Positions 39,981-51,330 of a DNA stretch of 64,000 bases are shown here, one piece after another. The translations under genes and the position numbers were made by a program. The stretch comes from Phoronis australis (Eukaryota > Animalia > Phoronida). Below the pieces are notes generated by a model. It saw only the letters and a list, made by a program, of their open reading frames with translations, was not told where the DNA came from and searched no databases. The stretch's first letter is position 1, and each line of letters starts with the position of its first letter. The stretch is taken from assembly GCA_002633005.1 (NCBI GenBank), contig NMRA01000060.1, positions 1,099,355 to 1,163,354 on the forward strand, given 5' to 3'.

Positions 39981-40434
39981 ATGTGCAGTCTATTGGTGAA
40001 CATGTCAAACTCGGAGATGAACTCGTGCGTGTTCTGGAATACATCGACTAGAAATTGCTTCCAATTCCCAACAAAGTTTGATGCAAAAACGAGTGCGAGA
40101 AGTTTGTCGGAAAGTGATTCTGAACGCATGCGCGATTCCATATTGAGTGGCGTTCCCTATGATCATTGCGGGCCATCATGGAGTACAGCACACGAAAAAC
40201 TCAACAACATGAAGCCGGAGACTGGGCATAAGCGGGTAAACTCGGATATCCAAGTATTTATTGATTCTGGATCGGACACGGAAGACTCAAATGATGGCGA
40301 CGTTAACAACAATGGTGATGATGATAATGATGAAGATGATGGTGATTTGTTTTATGACACGCATCATTGTCATAGTCCCTGTGCTGGAGGTGAAATGGAT
40401 GAATATGATAGTGAAGTGAATGACCTGTGTTGTG
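39981..40434 (+). CDS. MAST: Candidate alternative first coding exon of the MAST-like kinase (acidic, about 151 aa; ATG 39981 or 40002)
   Basis: Long unique ORF with a D/E-rich tract. Donor GTG|GTAATT at 40435 is phase 1, compatible with microexon 40503 and exon 47748. Confidence 0.55.
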
Positions 40435-40502
40435 GTAATTACTGTTTTATTCCTTATTACTTTCTCATTACTTTCTAATTAGTTTCTCATTGTTGTTCAC
40501 AG

Positions 40503-40517
40503 ATGGTAATGGGAATG
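40503..40517 (+). CDS. MAST: 15-nt symmetric (phase 1-1) microexon (D/Y-G-N-G-N)
   Basis: Long pyrimidine tract with a ttctaat branch-like motif, acceptor ttcacAG at 40502, donor ATG|GTGAGT at 40518. Preserves frame. Confidence 0.55.
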
Positions 40518-41019
40518 GTGAGTGTTGCTAAACATGGCTTAAACTTATAAAGTGGTTTTTCGCTCTGTTTATTTGGCTAATAATGAAAATTAGATTTGAC
40601 CTTTTGCTCTCATAAAATCCCTCTCGTAATCCTTGCATTTTCACTACCAACCTAATTAAATGACAGGCGATGTGCCATTTCCGAACAGGCAATTGACATG
40701 TTGATGTTCGTGTTGGTAAAAAGGAAATAGAATCCTGTCATGGTAAGGAATATTACAAGACTAGTGTCATGAGAGTAAAAGGCCAAATTTTGTCAGCTAA
40801 ACAGGAAGACAGGCATCTTTCAACTAGGTCAGTTGGAACTCAACAGAATTTAAAATGATGAGAACTGAAATATTTTAGCCAGAGACTGGCTGCTTTAATG
40901 TCAGGAATACCATGATAGCTTAGACATTCATGATAGGTGAAATGCGATGTTTGGCTTCATTGAGCTCTGAATCCTCTGAATACAGTAGTCTGTTTCATAA
41001 AAGGATTCTTGACGTTTTG

Positions 41020-41500
41020 TAGGACCCTTAAAAATGGCCAAAGTTGGTGACTTGTTGCTGGTCTCAAATCTTGGTAGCTGTAGTCTTCTTCAGCCCGCAG
41101 ACACTGGCGGTCCGCCTGAGGCATTTCTGAAGTGGCTTTGTAGTAAGGTCTTTGCATCTCCGTAGGATGCTGGGTGGGCCACCTGTTCCAGTTTACTTCC
41201 TGCCTTGGAGAGTCGGTCTGCTTCCGTGTTGCCGTGGATACTAAAGTTGGAGGGAATCCATTGCTGCTTGTTTGATATCTTACAGGATCTGGTCTCTTTC
41301 TCTCATCTGAAGGCTCTGTAGGAGAGTTTGGCAGTCTGTGAGGAAGACTACCTGATCTGGCAGCCTGTAATGTTCCTGGCGCATTGTCATGGCTACAAGG
41401 TATAAGGCGTTCTCTTCAGCTCTGTAGTTGATGGAGTGAAGGCCAGTGTGGCGATGGACTTGCGTGGCGAGCTTCCGTCTGGGTGTATGATGAAACACCA
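41020..41500 (-). mobile_element. Decayed RNase H domain of a non-LTR retrotransposon (I/Ingi/Nimb-type)
   Basis: Minus-strand translation NYRAEENAL...VVFLTDCQTLLQSL...QWIPSNFSIHGNTEADRLSKAG matches the RNase H E, D and WIPSH.GI.GNE.AD motifs. Interrupted by a stop and a frameshift. Confidence 0.8.
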
Positions 41501-41746
41501 CCTCTCCTATTTCAGGCAGAGATAGTTATAGAGTCTTTGATGATTAATAACGTAGCTGTCAATTTTCATTTTATGTTGAGGTTGCAATGAGGGACCAATA
41601 TGATTTCAGTGGTTCTTTTGTCTGATGTGTTTAGCATAAACTTGAAACTGGATTAGCTAATGGCGTGTTTTCAATTAGAGTCCTCGGCAAAATAAATGTA
41701 TCATGTTTTGCCTGCTTGATCACTATATTTTAATTATCTTCTATTA

Positions 41747-41748
<2 letters not shown>

Positions 41749-41788
<40 letters not shown>
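41749..41788. repeat. (GT)n microsatellite
   Basis: gtgtgt... run. Confidence 0.95.
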
Positions 41789-44700
41789 ACATGTTCATGT
41801 CTGCGGTGCAGACTGGACGCCCTCTAGCTGGTCCAATGGGCATCCAAATGGACACCTTGACTCAAATGTAGACCTTCTCATTTGGATGCCCTGTTCATCA
41901 TTTGGACGCTCAAACAAAGTAAGCAAGTTATCACTGATGCCTCTGTTAACATAGCAGCAGTTCCAGGAATGTATTAGCCTGTCTAAAGTATGAAAATGGT
42001 AAAGTTATTTAGGGCCCTAGAAAAATTCCAAATTTGGCTAACTCGGAACATCGTATCTCAGAAACGGCCGATCGCATTTATACAAAACTCTCAGATACTG
42101 CACTTTAAACATTTTTCCAAAATGCTTTACAGAATTGTTTTTAAAATGTTCCATTTTTGCATAAGAGGAGCTATATAAATAGGGCTTATGCATAAAGTGA
42201 AAACATCAAGGTCTATGGCCATGAAGATATTCTGGATTTCAACCGATTAAATGCATTGTAAAGTAAGTAAATATCTTGAAAAAAGGGAATTCTGTTTGTT
42301 TCAAGATTAATCTACAAACTTGATCCATTTGCTTCGCATTTTCTTGTTTTTGATTGATGTCAAGGAGGCAACGAACTTGACATCCATAGATAATTGTCAA
42401 GTTTATCCAACTTTCTCCCGTCGGGGTTGTTGCCCATAGCAAGCAGTAGTACTTCGATGGCATGGGCAGAACAAGTAGAGTAATACAGCTGAAAAAAACT
42501 TGTAAAGATTACGACAACAGCAAAGAACATGTGGATCTCCAATGGCATGAAAATGTCAGGCTACAACATAAGTGCCTGACGGATATTGCAGCATTACTGG
42601 TAAATACAGCGAGATTCGAGTGTCGTTGTATAATTCGAGATGGGCCAATTTAACTTTTAGTCATATAAACGCAGTTGAGCAGTTCAGCCGTCACTGGTCA
42701 TGGATTTTCCGAGAATTTGGGAAGCCTATTTTGGATGCCCCAACCTACGATTCCGTAAATAAATAGTGCTTCAATACAAACACGTGAAGTGAACAGTTTT
42801 TAACCGTGACGGGTTTCGTGGGAACTGTCCCACGTCTTCAGATGGTTATTCTCAAATAACCAGCCCAGAGCTGTATACAGGGAAAATCAGTACAGCCACA
42901 CGTTTTTTTACACGTTAGCGTGGCAGTTTGACACGTATTACACGTTTTTTTTACACGTTTGACACGCTCAAAAGCGTGTCAAACGTGTAAAATTCTCACC
43001 CGGGAGAGTTACAACAAAAGCACAAATGGCACAGTAACCTCTTAGACCTGTTCAATACAAAATAGGGAATTGGAAGCAACAACGAATCAAAACAGAAGTG
43101 ACAAGGATTAGTGTTTCATCTGCACCCTTAATGATAGTCGTCTGCGAGTAATCTGAATTGCTTCACATCGCTTAAAGATGATAGCCATTAGAGTGGCTGT
43201 CGGTAATGTCAAAGCAGTGCTCCCCGATGCTAATCTTCAGGCAACGTTGTCCTGAATATGACGATATATGTGGGAATTCCTGTCAGTGACTTGGTGTTAG
43301 AGATCCGTGTAGTTAGATGATGAGTCGTTTTGCCAATGCACTGGTCTCTTGTTTAGTGATGACTTGTGAATTCATAACCTGCATTAGATCTAAGAACACT
43401 TGGTATATGACATCGTTGGCGTTAACATATTGCTTATTTTAAACCAATGAAAAATGAGCTGGACAATAAATGACCTCAGTCCAGCTTGTTTTTCAGTTGT
43501 TGTTTTTATTAAAGTACCATTAGCGCTAATGTGTACGAGATCATTTGAAAAGACCATAAAATGAACGATATGACCAAAGATGAAAGTATGAAGAAAAATT
43601 AAAGACTGTGTAATACTTAATTTTTATACTCTTTGTTTTGACTGCTTGCTTGAAGTGCACTCAGATGAAGTTGGCGTCACTGTCCAATTTCCGTTACAAA
43701 CTTTCTGGCTTCTTTAAGCCTGTTCAAACAGTGGGAATAGAAATTACGGTACTCTGTGTAATCTTAGATGGTCACTACTGCGTTTTCTCGGTAAGAGAGT
43801 TATATGTCTTCCTTATGATCATGTCAGAATCCATTATTGCGGCGTATTTCTCAGACATTAATCACCATAGAAGCAATTGACATAATTACGTGGTCATTTG
43901 TGGATGGATTTATCTCCGTTACTTTGTGCGATCAATTCATTAAAAAATAAATTGTTTCTTTACTTGTGGACTGAAACCTCCCAGTTTTCTTGTAATATTA
44001 ATTTCAGTAAAGGCAAATATGTCACCTAAGTTTTAGATTGATGGCTCCACGCACTGGTGTAGCCAGAAGTGTTCAAAGGGGGGGGGGGGGGGGGCTAAAC
44101 GCCTAATTGTTGGCGATGGGAGTGGTACTGAAATGAGTGGCAACCTCAATGGGACCTACATAAGGTGTGCAAAACTCTAAATTGAATTGTTTCCATAAGG
44201 GAAGGTTTTTTGTCTTTGTTATGCCGCGTCATCCCCTAGCTATGTCTGTGGCTCCAGCTGATTTTTGCAGGTCGTTTTAGTTGTATTGGCTATCCTTGAG
44301 TATTTGTCCCATTTTAACTGTGATAACCATTACAATCATGCTATAGTTACTGACCCGCATTCTGTCAAAGAAGCTAACTTTTCATTTAGACTATGCACTT
44401 TACGGCTATGAAATTTTTCTCAACTTGCACTGATGAAAAGTGATATTTGGTCTTGCAAAGAATTGACAGTTTGCCATTACTGGGTTGCCGAATAAAGTGA
44501 CAAGTCAAGTGGTGAAGCCTGGCTCCTAAGCTATAATGACCTGTCAGAGTTCCTTCATAGTAGCCCGACAATTTGAGACCAATCTCATAACGCTACTTGG
44601 TGTAAATCAAAAATGTTTGGGATTTAAAGCCACTGCGATTTTGATTTTAAAGTGGAACTTGAAGGCTTATTCCATATCTCTGTGATTGCTTAGCCAAATT

Positions 44701-45717
44701 AGTTAGATATACCTCATATAGCGACAGCATGGGGATGACTGGCTGAAAATTGTCAAATGTTTTTAAGAGTGAGTTTTGTGGCGAAAATGATCCGCTGCAT
44801 ATCACTGATATGAAGTGGTATTGGGGAATAACACTCCCTGCATGATGCGGGTGGTGTCAGCCCGCGAGATGTCATTGAATACAACTGCACTTTGCTTAGA
44901 GTAGATGATGTTCAAATAGCACTGTCGTTTAGTTCCTGCTCTACATTAGGATAGGAGAATACAAATACAACTTTAATGTTACTTGAATCTGTGATTCACA
45001 TTTTATGCTCAGCCTTGTACGTATATGCGATTATCTTAGAGGTTTTTTTGTTTTATTAGCCTTGGAGCTTGGGATTAGCGATACCAAATTTGAGTATGTG
45101 GTGAGAAGTGATACAAATAGACTTTAGGGTTATTTCAGTCGACATTCGATACACATGGATAGCTAATTCCCTGATACCTGTGCCTATTTAATAGTGAGTC
45201 GTTGTACAATGGATTGTAGCATTGACACCGTTGTTGACATGTGCACTTGTTATGTTGCACAAAATTGACGAGCAAATTAGATGTCTCATTCACAGCGTGA
45301 ATTATTAATCATTTTCTGTTGAACCTGATAGTATGCACAGGAGCTGATGAGATTTATTAAAACTCGTCTGCCGTTTGAAATTACGTTAGCGGTAAAGTTT
45401 TACTTCGAAATTTTGCCGATTTTCAACAAGAAGAAAATTCTTAAGTCTTTGAAACCGACTGCAAAAAGCACAGTGCAGTTTGTGTAATATTGCAAGCACT
45501 GTTTTCCATCTAAACGGACCCATTTCATTTGCAAGATTGAAATTTATTTAAAAGTCTTTTCTATCCATTTATCTTCTTCGTTCTCAGTAGAGCCATTCCA
45601 TATTTTTGTCGAGAAATTAAGAACTGGTGTATTTTGGTGAAATTGATATTACCGATAAGCACTGCTCATTACAAATATTCCTTGTACAGGAGGGGACCAA
45701 GATCAGATAAGTACTTA

Positions 45718-47245
45718 CCGTAAATGTTGGAGTTAACGCCATGGGCGGTTAAATTGGAAAACCCAAAAAATCGGGGGTGGGTGGTTAACCAGACATGGGC
45801 GCTTAAACGTGAAACTTCAAAAAATCCAGGGTGGGCGGTTAACCGAACATGGGCGCTTATTACGACAGGCAAGCACCCTGGGCGGTTAATCTTACCTCGT
45901 AATCTAAGTCCCCACACCACACACGTAGGCCTACTCGGAACGCGTAGCACTTTTCAAAGAGCGTTATCGTCTCGTACTAGCTGCCAAGTTCATAGTCAGA
46001 GAGCAGTTTTAAAATTGGTTGTAATAAAAGTTTGAAAACCTTAATTCAGATGTTTTTTGTGTTTGGGATGTTTATAGTCGATACTCCGTGACTCAATGAC
46101 ATTTTCAGCATATGGTTCTGTGGCTTGCTGTTTTATCTCGACTGCCCGGCATTGCTCACTTGCCGTTGCGCCAAACATGCTCGGCAAAGAAGTAGGCCTA
46201 AGACAAGAATCTAGGTTAAGCGGCCGTGAGCCACTCGTCAATCAAGAATAAAATTTTGAGCCGCGGCATAAATATGTGATAAACGCTACAAAACAGCGAT
46301 GTTTCAATTCATAAATGATCACCTTACCAAACTTCGTGGTGGAAAAACATTTATTTTTCATGCGAGATGTCCAGATTATCCTATTTATATCATTTGCAAT
46401 ATCGCACTGCGGCACTGTTCGGTCCCGTTGTTAGCGCGCAATGTCTCAGTCGGCTGACAATTGTGACTTGGAAATGTTGTCATTAGTAATAGAACGGCCT
46501 CTTTCAATATGCATCTCTTTTTTTTATGGCCAAAGATAGCGGTGGGATTCAGCACGCGCGTAGGGCCTACGTGCGAGTCACCTGTCAATCACATGTTGGT
46601 GTCAAGGTAACATGCACTCCAAAGTGTGGGAACTTGCGCGCGTGCACCACTACAAAGTCACACATCAAAAGAGAATAGCGACAGTCCTAAATAACAGAGA
46701 CGGGCGTTACTATATACTTTTAACCATTGTCTCATTTCTCTGGCCTGATTTTTTCGAATATATGTTTTATCAAGTGCACTGCAGACGAAAACTCAGCGCG
46801 GCAGACAAAGTCGCTGAAAGCGGAGGTTTTGACACCGGCGGCGTTCTTAAACTTTGCAAACATGGGAAGAAAATAAAGTGACAACAACGTTCAAGTGTTA
46901 TATTTTGAAGTGAGTCCATGACCCAAGACAATAACTCGTTACTTGTATAATTGCAATTCACATTGCTAAACCACCGTCTCGGAGGCCCGGCGTCGTTGCG
47001 CTCATTGTGATCATCCATCTTTTTCTAAAAGTCGGGAAATCACACGTTTCCTTAGCACTGGGCGCTAAATCTTCATTCTTTAAAAGTCGGGGATGGGCGC
47101 TTAACCGAGGGGTGGGTGCTTAACTGGAAATCTTCAAAAATCGCAGGGGTCACTTAACCGAGCAGTGGGCGGTTAAATCGAAAATCCACCTAAAATGGGG
47201 GGTGGGCGGTTAACTGAGCATGGGCGTTAACCCGAACGTTTACGG
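45718..47245 (+). mobile_element. Complete 1.53-kb Tc2/pogo-like non-autonomous element with TA TSD
   Basis: TA|CCGTAAATGTTGGAGTTAACGCC ... GGCGTTAACCCGAACGTTTACGG|TA. No transposase ORF. Homologous to 29095-30572. Confidence 0.85.
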
Positions 47246-47747
47246 TAGTTTATTGTGAAGCGTTCTCGCGATCTTATGTTATAGCTAACAAACCAATTAC
47301 CATGATGTCTCTTGGCCAACAAAATAGAAATGATGATAGTGCTTAAGGCTAATGTTTTTTGTATTTCTTCGGAAAAAAACAATTTCAACAGCATTTATCA
47401 CATGGAATTCAATTCCAGAAGTCAGACATATCGAAAAATCACCATTTTTAGTCTACGATAGTTGAATTTATTTCAGCCAATATTTTTATTGCCCTGAAGT
47501 CATCGCTAATGAGGTAATTGCCTTGCACACCAAAGAAGCTAGATCAGTTTTCTTGATTTTGAATGATTCTATCTACTGCAATCTGTGTGCAAATTTATTG
47601 ACAAAGTAAGTACATACGTACGGCCTGCAGTTTTTACGGACCAAGTTTCTGATATTTGACTTGTAGAGTAATCTTGTTGCTATGGACTCGCTAAGCCTGT
47701 TGCTGGTGAAGTTGTCTTGTTATTGAAAGTCTAACTCATACTTTCAG

Positions 47748-47836
47748 CTCTTGGCCCCACCACTGAGACGTCCAACCTGTTGAAGGTGCGAAATGCTCAG
47801 CTGGGTCACTCAGCCCCAAATCTGTCCTCTGTTGGG
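47748..47836 (+). CDS. MAST: Conserved internal exon of a MAST-family (microtubule-associated Ser/Thr) kinase: xLGPTTETSNLLKVRNAQLGHSAPNLSSVG
   Basis: Branch CTAAC at 47731, acceptor tactttcAG, donor GGG|GTAAGT. 89 nt, phase 1 to 0. The peptide matches the MAST2/MAST4 motif E(T/A)SNLVRMR.Q.LGQSAPSLT that precedes KELSLPRRG and DUF1908. Confidence 0.88.
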
Positions 47837-47973
47837 GTAAGTTGTACAATAACCACTTAGAGCAAAATCTCTTCAGTTGAGGACACAATATGGCAGACAA
47901 GGGAATATTTATTGCATTTTTTCATAAAAGATTAGTAGTGCCAAGTAAATGCTTTATTGTTTCAAAGTTGCAC

Positions 47974-48105
47974 ACCATAGGTACCATCAGACAATGTTGC
48001 CTACCATAGGTACCATCGGACAGTGTTGCCTACCATAGGTACCATCGGACAGTGTTCCATACCGTAGGTACCATCAGACAGTGTTGTATACCATAGGTAC
48101 CATCA
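47974..48105. repeat. 29-bp tandem repeat, 4.5 copies
   Basis: accataggtaccatc(a/g)gaca(a/g)tgttgcct at 47974, 48003, 48032, 48061 and 48090. Confidence 0.9.
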
Positions 48106-49718
48106 AAATTCTGGGAAACCGTAGCCATTCACAACAATGTTAGAATGCTTTGAAGAATAAAAAACAATTTGTCATTTCTTTTTGTCTACTATTTTACCAT
48201 AGTTCAATTCAAATGTTGCAGCCTTTGAAAACCAAAGAAGGTTGATTTTGGTCGTTATTTTTGTCCGAAATTGTTGAGATTCTATCATATTGTGGCATTA
48301 TCGTCCACAACACTTATTCAAAGCAGCTAGTCTTCCACACTCATGGAAAACACCCTAGTGTTCTTACCAGCAGCATTCCTTTCTCACGAACCACAGCTCA
48401 AGGAAATGAACACAGTAATGCGGTTCGTGAGAAACCAAATATGTTCATACAGTTTGTGAAAACAAAACTCAACAATATTGACAGTGTGATGTCACCAGAG
48501 GTTTGGAACATAGTTGGCAATAGCATTGTTGTCTACATATCTTGTGTCCAGATACCATACGTTTTGCATTCAAAAACTTTGAAAAGTGTTGAAGTGTATT
48601 AGAGCCATGAATAAAAACGTCTCGTTTGAAAACTTTCAACCCAACCTATGAGGATTAAAGTAGACTTGATCAATTATTTTTGGATGTAATAATTGAAGTG
48701 ATTGCACCAGTTAGAAGAGATATCGCAGTACATTTTCCCCGCGGGGTGTAAGTTTGCCTCTTAAAGTGAGCAACTGGCCAGGTAGTTCTTACTTGTGCTT
48801 GAATAATTGTAATGATTTGTCGCCTGTAATGGTCTTTTTTGTGTGAATGCCGTAGTGGAAAAAGTGAGCCAGGCTGCGTGTGAAAGGTGTTAATTACCTG
48901 TGGCAGTGAAAGGAGTCGTCAAGGCCCATGATCTAATCTTTGTACTTGAAATCAAACTCAAATAACTTTGGATATTTCCATTATGCTTTTGTGCGAATAC
49001 GAAGTGAGAGTTTAGTTCAAGACTTAAGTAAATGATAAGTTTGCACTTGATGACCCCAGCTTGAAGTTTTAAGTTCTAGTCTGAACTGGAAATCTTGAGT
49101 TTTTACTCGAGTTTGTAGCTCTGCTTAGGAGTCATCATATGCGAACATGGAACAGACACACATCTGCATAAACCATTATATTCCGAGTACAGCATATTCA
49201 GACACTTATTTTGAGTTCGTATTGAATAAGAATGGAAAACATCAAAAATAATTTTGAATTTGATTTCCAATTTGATTCTGAATACAAACATTGGATCTTG
49301 GGCCCAGGATATTATTTGTCTTATGTATGAACGATACTATAGTTTGTTTGGAGTGAGGGTTAATTGGTGAATTACTTTTATATTCTGAATCACCAAAATC
49401 AGACAATGCGACTTTGTGTGTGCTTGTGTTAGGATTGATGCTATGGCATAATAGATTTTCAATTTAGAACATGCAGCGGTACAGAAACTAAGAATATTAG
49501 TTTGACAGGCATTTATTCGAAAACTGGTATAAAGGACATTCCGTTTTATTTATTACCTTTTTTTCTGTTAAGTTTGTCTTGTAGAACTGCTATCACTCCT
49601 ACATCATACTCAGTGTCAATTGTGTAGCTAGAAAACAACTCTGACACCTATTGACAAGTAATAGAATCCTTTCAAGTTTGTATCAGGCCCTTAGAGGGAA
49701 GTTGTTTCAGACCAATAG

Positions 49719-49820
49719 ATGGCACTACCACCTTTGTCAACTTGCACATATGTGCACCAGTACAACCTGTTGTCAGACACAAGAACTAGAAGAGGAAACT
49801 CCTTTGGAATGGTTCTCATG
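49719..49820 (+). CDS. MAST: Candidate short alternative first coding exon (MALPPLSTCTYVHQYNLLSDTRTRRGNSFGMVLM)
   Basis: 34 codons from ATG to a perfect ATG|GTAAGT donor at 49821. Phase 0, the same exit phase as exon 47748-47836. Confidence 0.4.
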
Positions 49821-50520
49821 GTAAGTAATTTGTCTTCATGTTTTCAAGGTTGAGCTTGTGTAAAACATCTAAAATTCAGGGTATGCTTAGTCAGAGCAAA
49901 AATGAATTATATATGTAGACTACTTAACTGTTGTTTATCAAAAGAATCATATGCAGTCTATTCATCTGTTCATTGAAATTTTGCTTTTTCAGATCCAATT
50001 TTTCAAAATAGTGTTTTGTAACTGGTAAAAACTGCATTTCGTAAACCAGTATAATCCCTCAGTGCCTAGTCACTAAGGTTTGCCCGTCACTTTCTGTCCT
50101 TCATGTCTCATATTCTCATCAACCCCAATTACAGGCATGTAACATTATCAATTTGTAGACACTGAAATGTCACCAGTCTCTGGTGTTCATTCCTGGTGAC
50201 ATTTAGAACATTTAACCCTACCACATGATTAGCATAATTCTCCACCAGACTGTCTAATGGCTTTGACAGATTGCAATGCCCCATAGCATGCCTCATTGGT
50301 TTAATGACAAAATACCTGATTTTTGAGGTCTTTGGCATTTTTTATAGAATCTGTTGTTCACTTCATGGTAACTGACGGCGTGTATTGTAGTGGTTGCCCA
50401 GCATTCTTCCATGATTTGAGGCTTATTTAGCGCACAGTATGGCCAACTAGGGAAATACTGTTTTGTCATTTTTTCACAAAAATAAAGATTGAGAAGATTT
50501 TAGTCTAATACTAGCATTGT

Positions 50521-50686
50521 TGTTGCAAATATTTTAGTCTTGTCAGCATGCCATCTGTTGGCCACATCGCGTGACATGGGTTCGAGTCCTGGTCGGGGGC
50601 AGAAATCTTTTCAGACTTATATTCATTAGGTTACGTGATGTGGCCAACAGATGGCATGCTGGCAGGCAAGACATATGTTTGTAACA
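50521..50686. repeat. Inverted repeat enclosing a tRNA-like B box
   Basis: cagcatgccatctgttggccacatcgcgtgac / gttacgtgatgtggccaacagatggcatgctg. GGTTCGAGTCC at 50579-50589. Confidence 0.75.
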
Positions 50687-51062
50687 TATTTTCTACGCCA
50701 TATTGAGATTGACATATTCATATATATGCTAGCATTGATGGTAATATTAAGATGTCATAAACTAACATTTGGTAAACTTTCCACTATTTGTACCAAAGTT
50801 ATCAGCCTTTGAAAAATGGAAAAGTGACAATTTTGGTAATTATTTTCATGCAAAAGAAGTGAAGAATTACTGTGAACTGAAGTAGATGCTTTTTTGTTTG
50901 TATTGATGCGCCACCTTCTGTTGGACACTGTTCCTATAAGATGTAAGCAATAAACTAAAGAAATAAATACCATTAACTTCACTTCAAGGCTATCCTCCTG
51001 TATTTTACATTAAAAAATTTGTTCAAATTCCCTTTATACTCATTTCTATACACTTTTATGAC

Positions 51063-51330
51063 TTAAAGGTTATGTAGGACCGTAGAAACACGTCCAGATT
51101 TGGCTAATGTTGGAACAACGGCCGACCGGATTCATAAGAAATGTTCAGTGCTATGCTCTTAGGAATTATTTTGAAACCATGCTCTGAATTTTGAGACAGA
51201 GAAATTCAAGCAGAAATTGAGTTTTCTTGATTCTAAGATGGAACACGGTCGATTTTGACATTGATATTTTTCAAATTTCGGACAAAGCATTTTTGTATCA
51301 GCAGAGTTTGAATGAAGATTTAAAATTGCC
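51063..51330. mobile_element. Fragment of a TTAA-AG-started DNA transposon family (related segment at about 58500-58620)
   Basis: Starts ttaaaggttatgtagg. Shares gaaattcaag...gaaattg..ttttcttgattct with about 58545. Confidence 0.4.

Noticed and set aside
47974-48105. CRISPR-sized 29-bp repeats
   Set aside because: Units are directly adjacent with no spacers.
50575-50600. tRNA gene
   Set aside because: Only a T-loop/B-box motif is present, with no acceptor stem, D-arm or anticodon arm.
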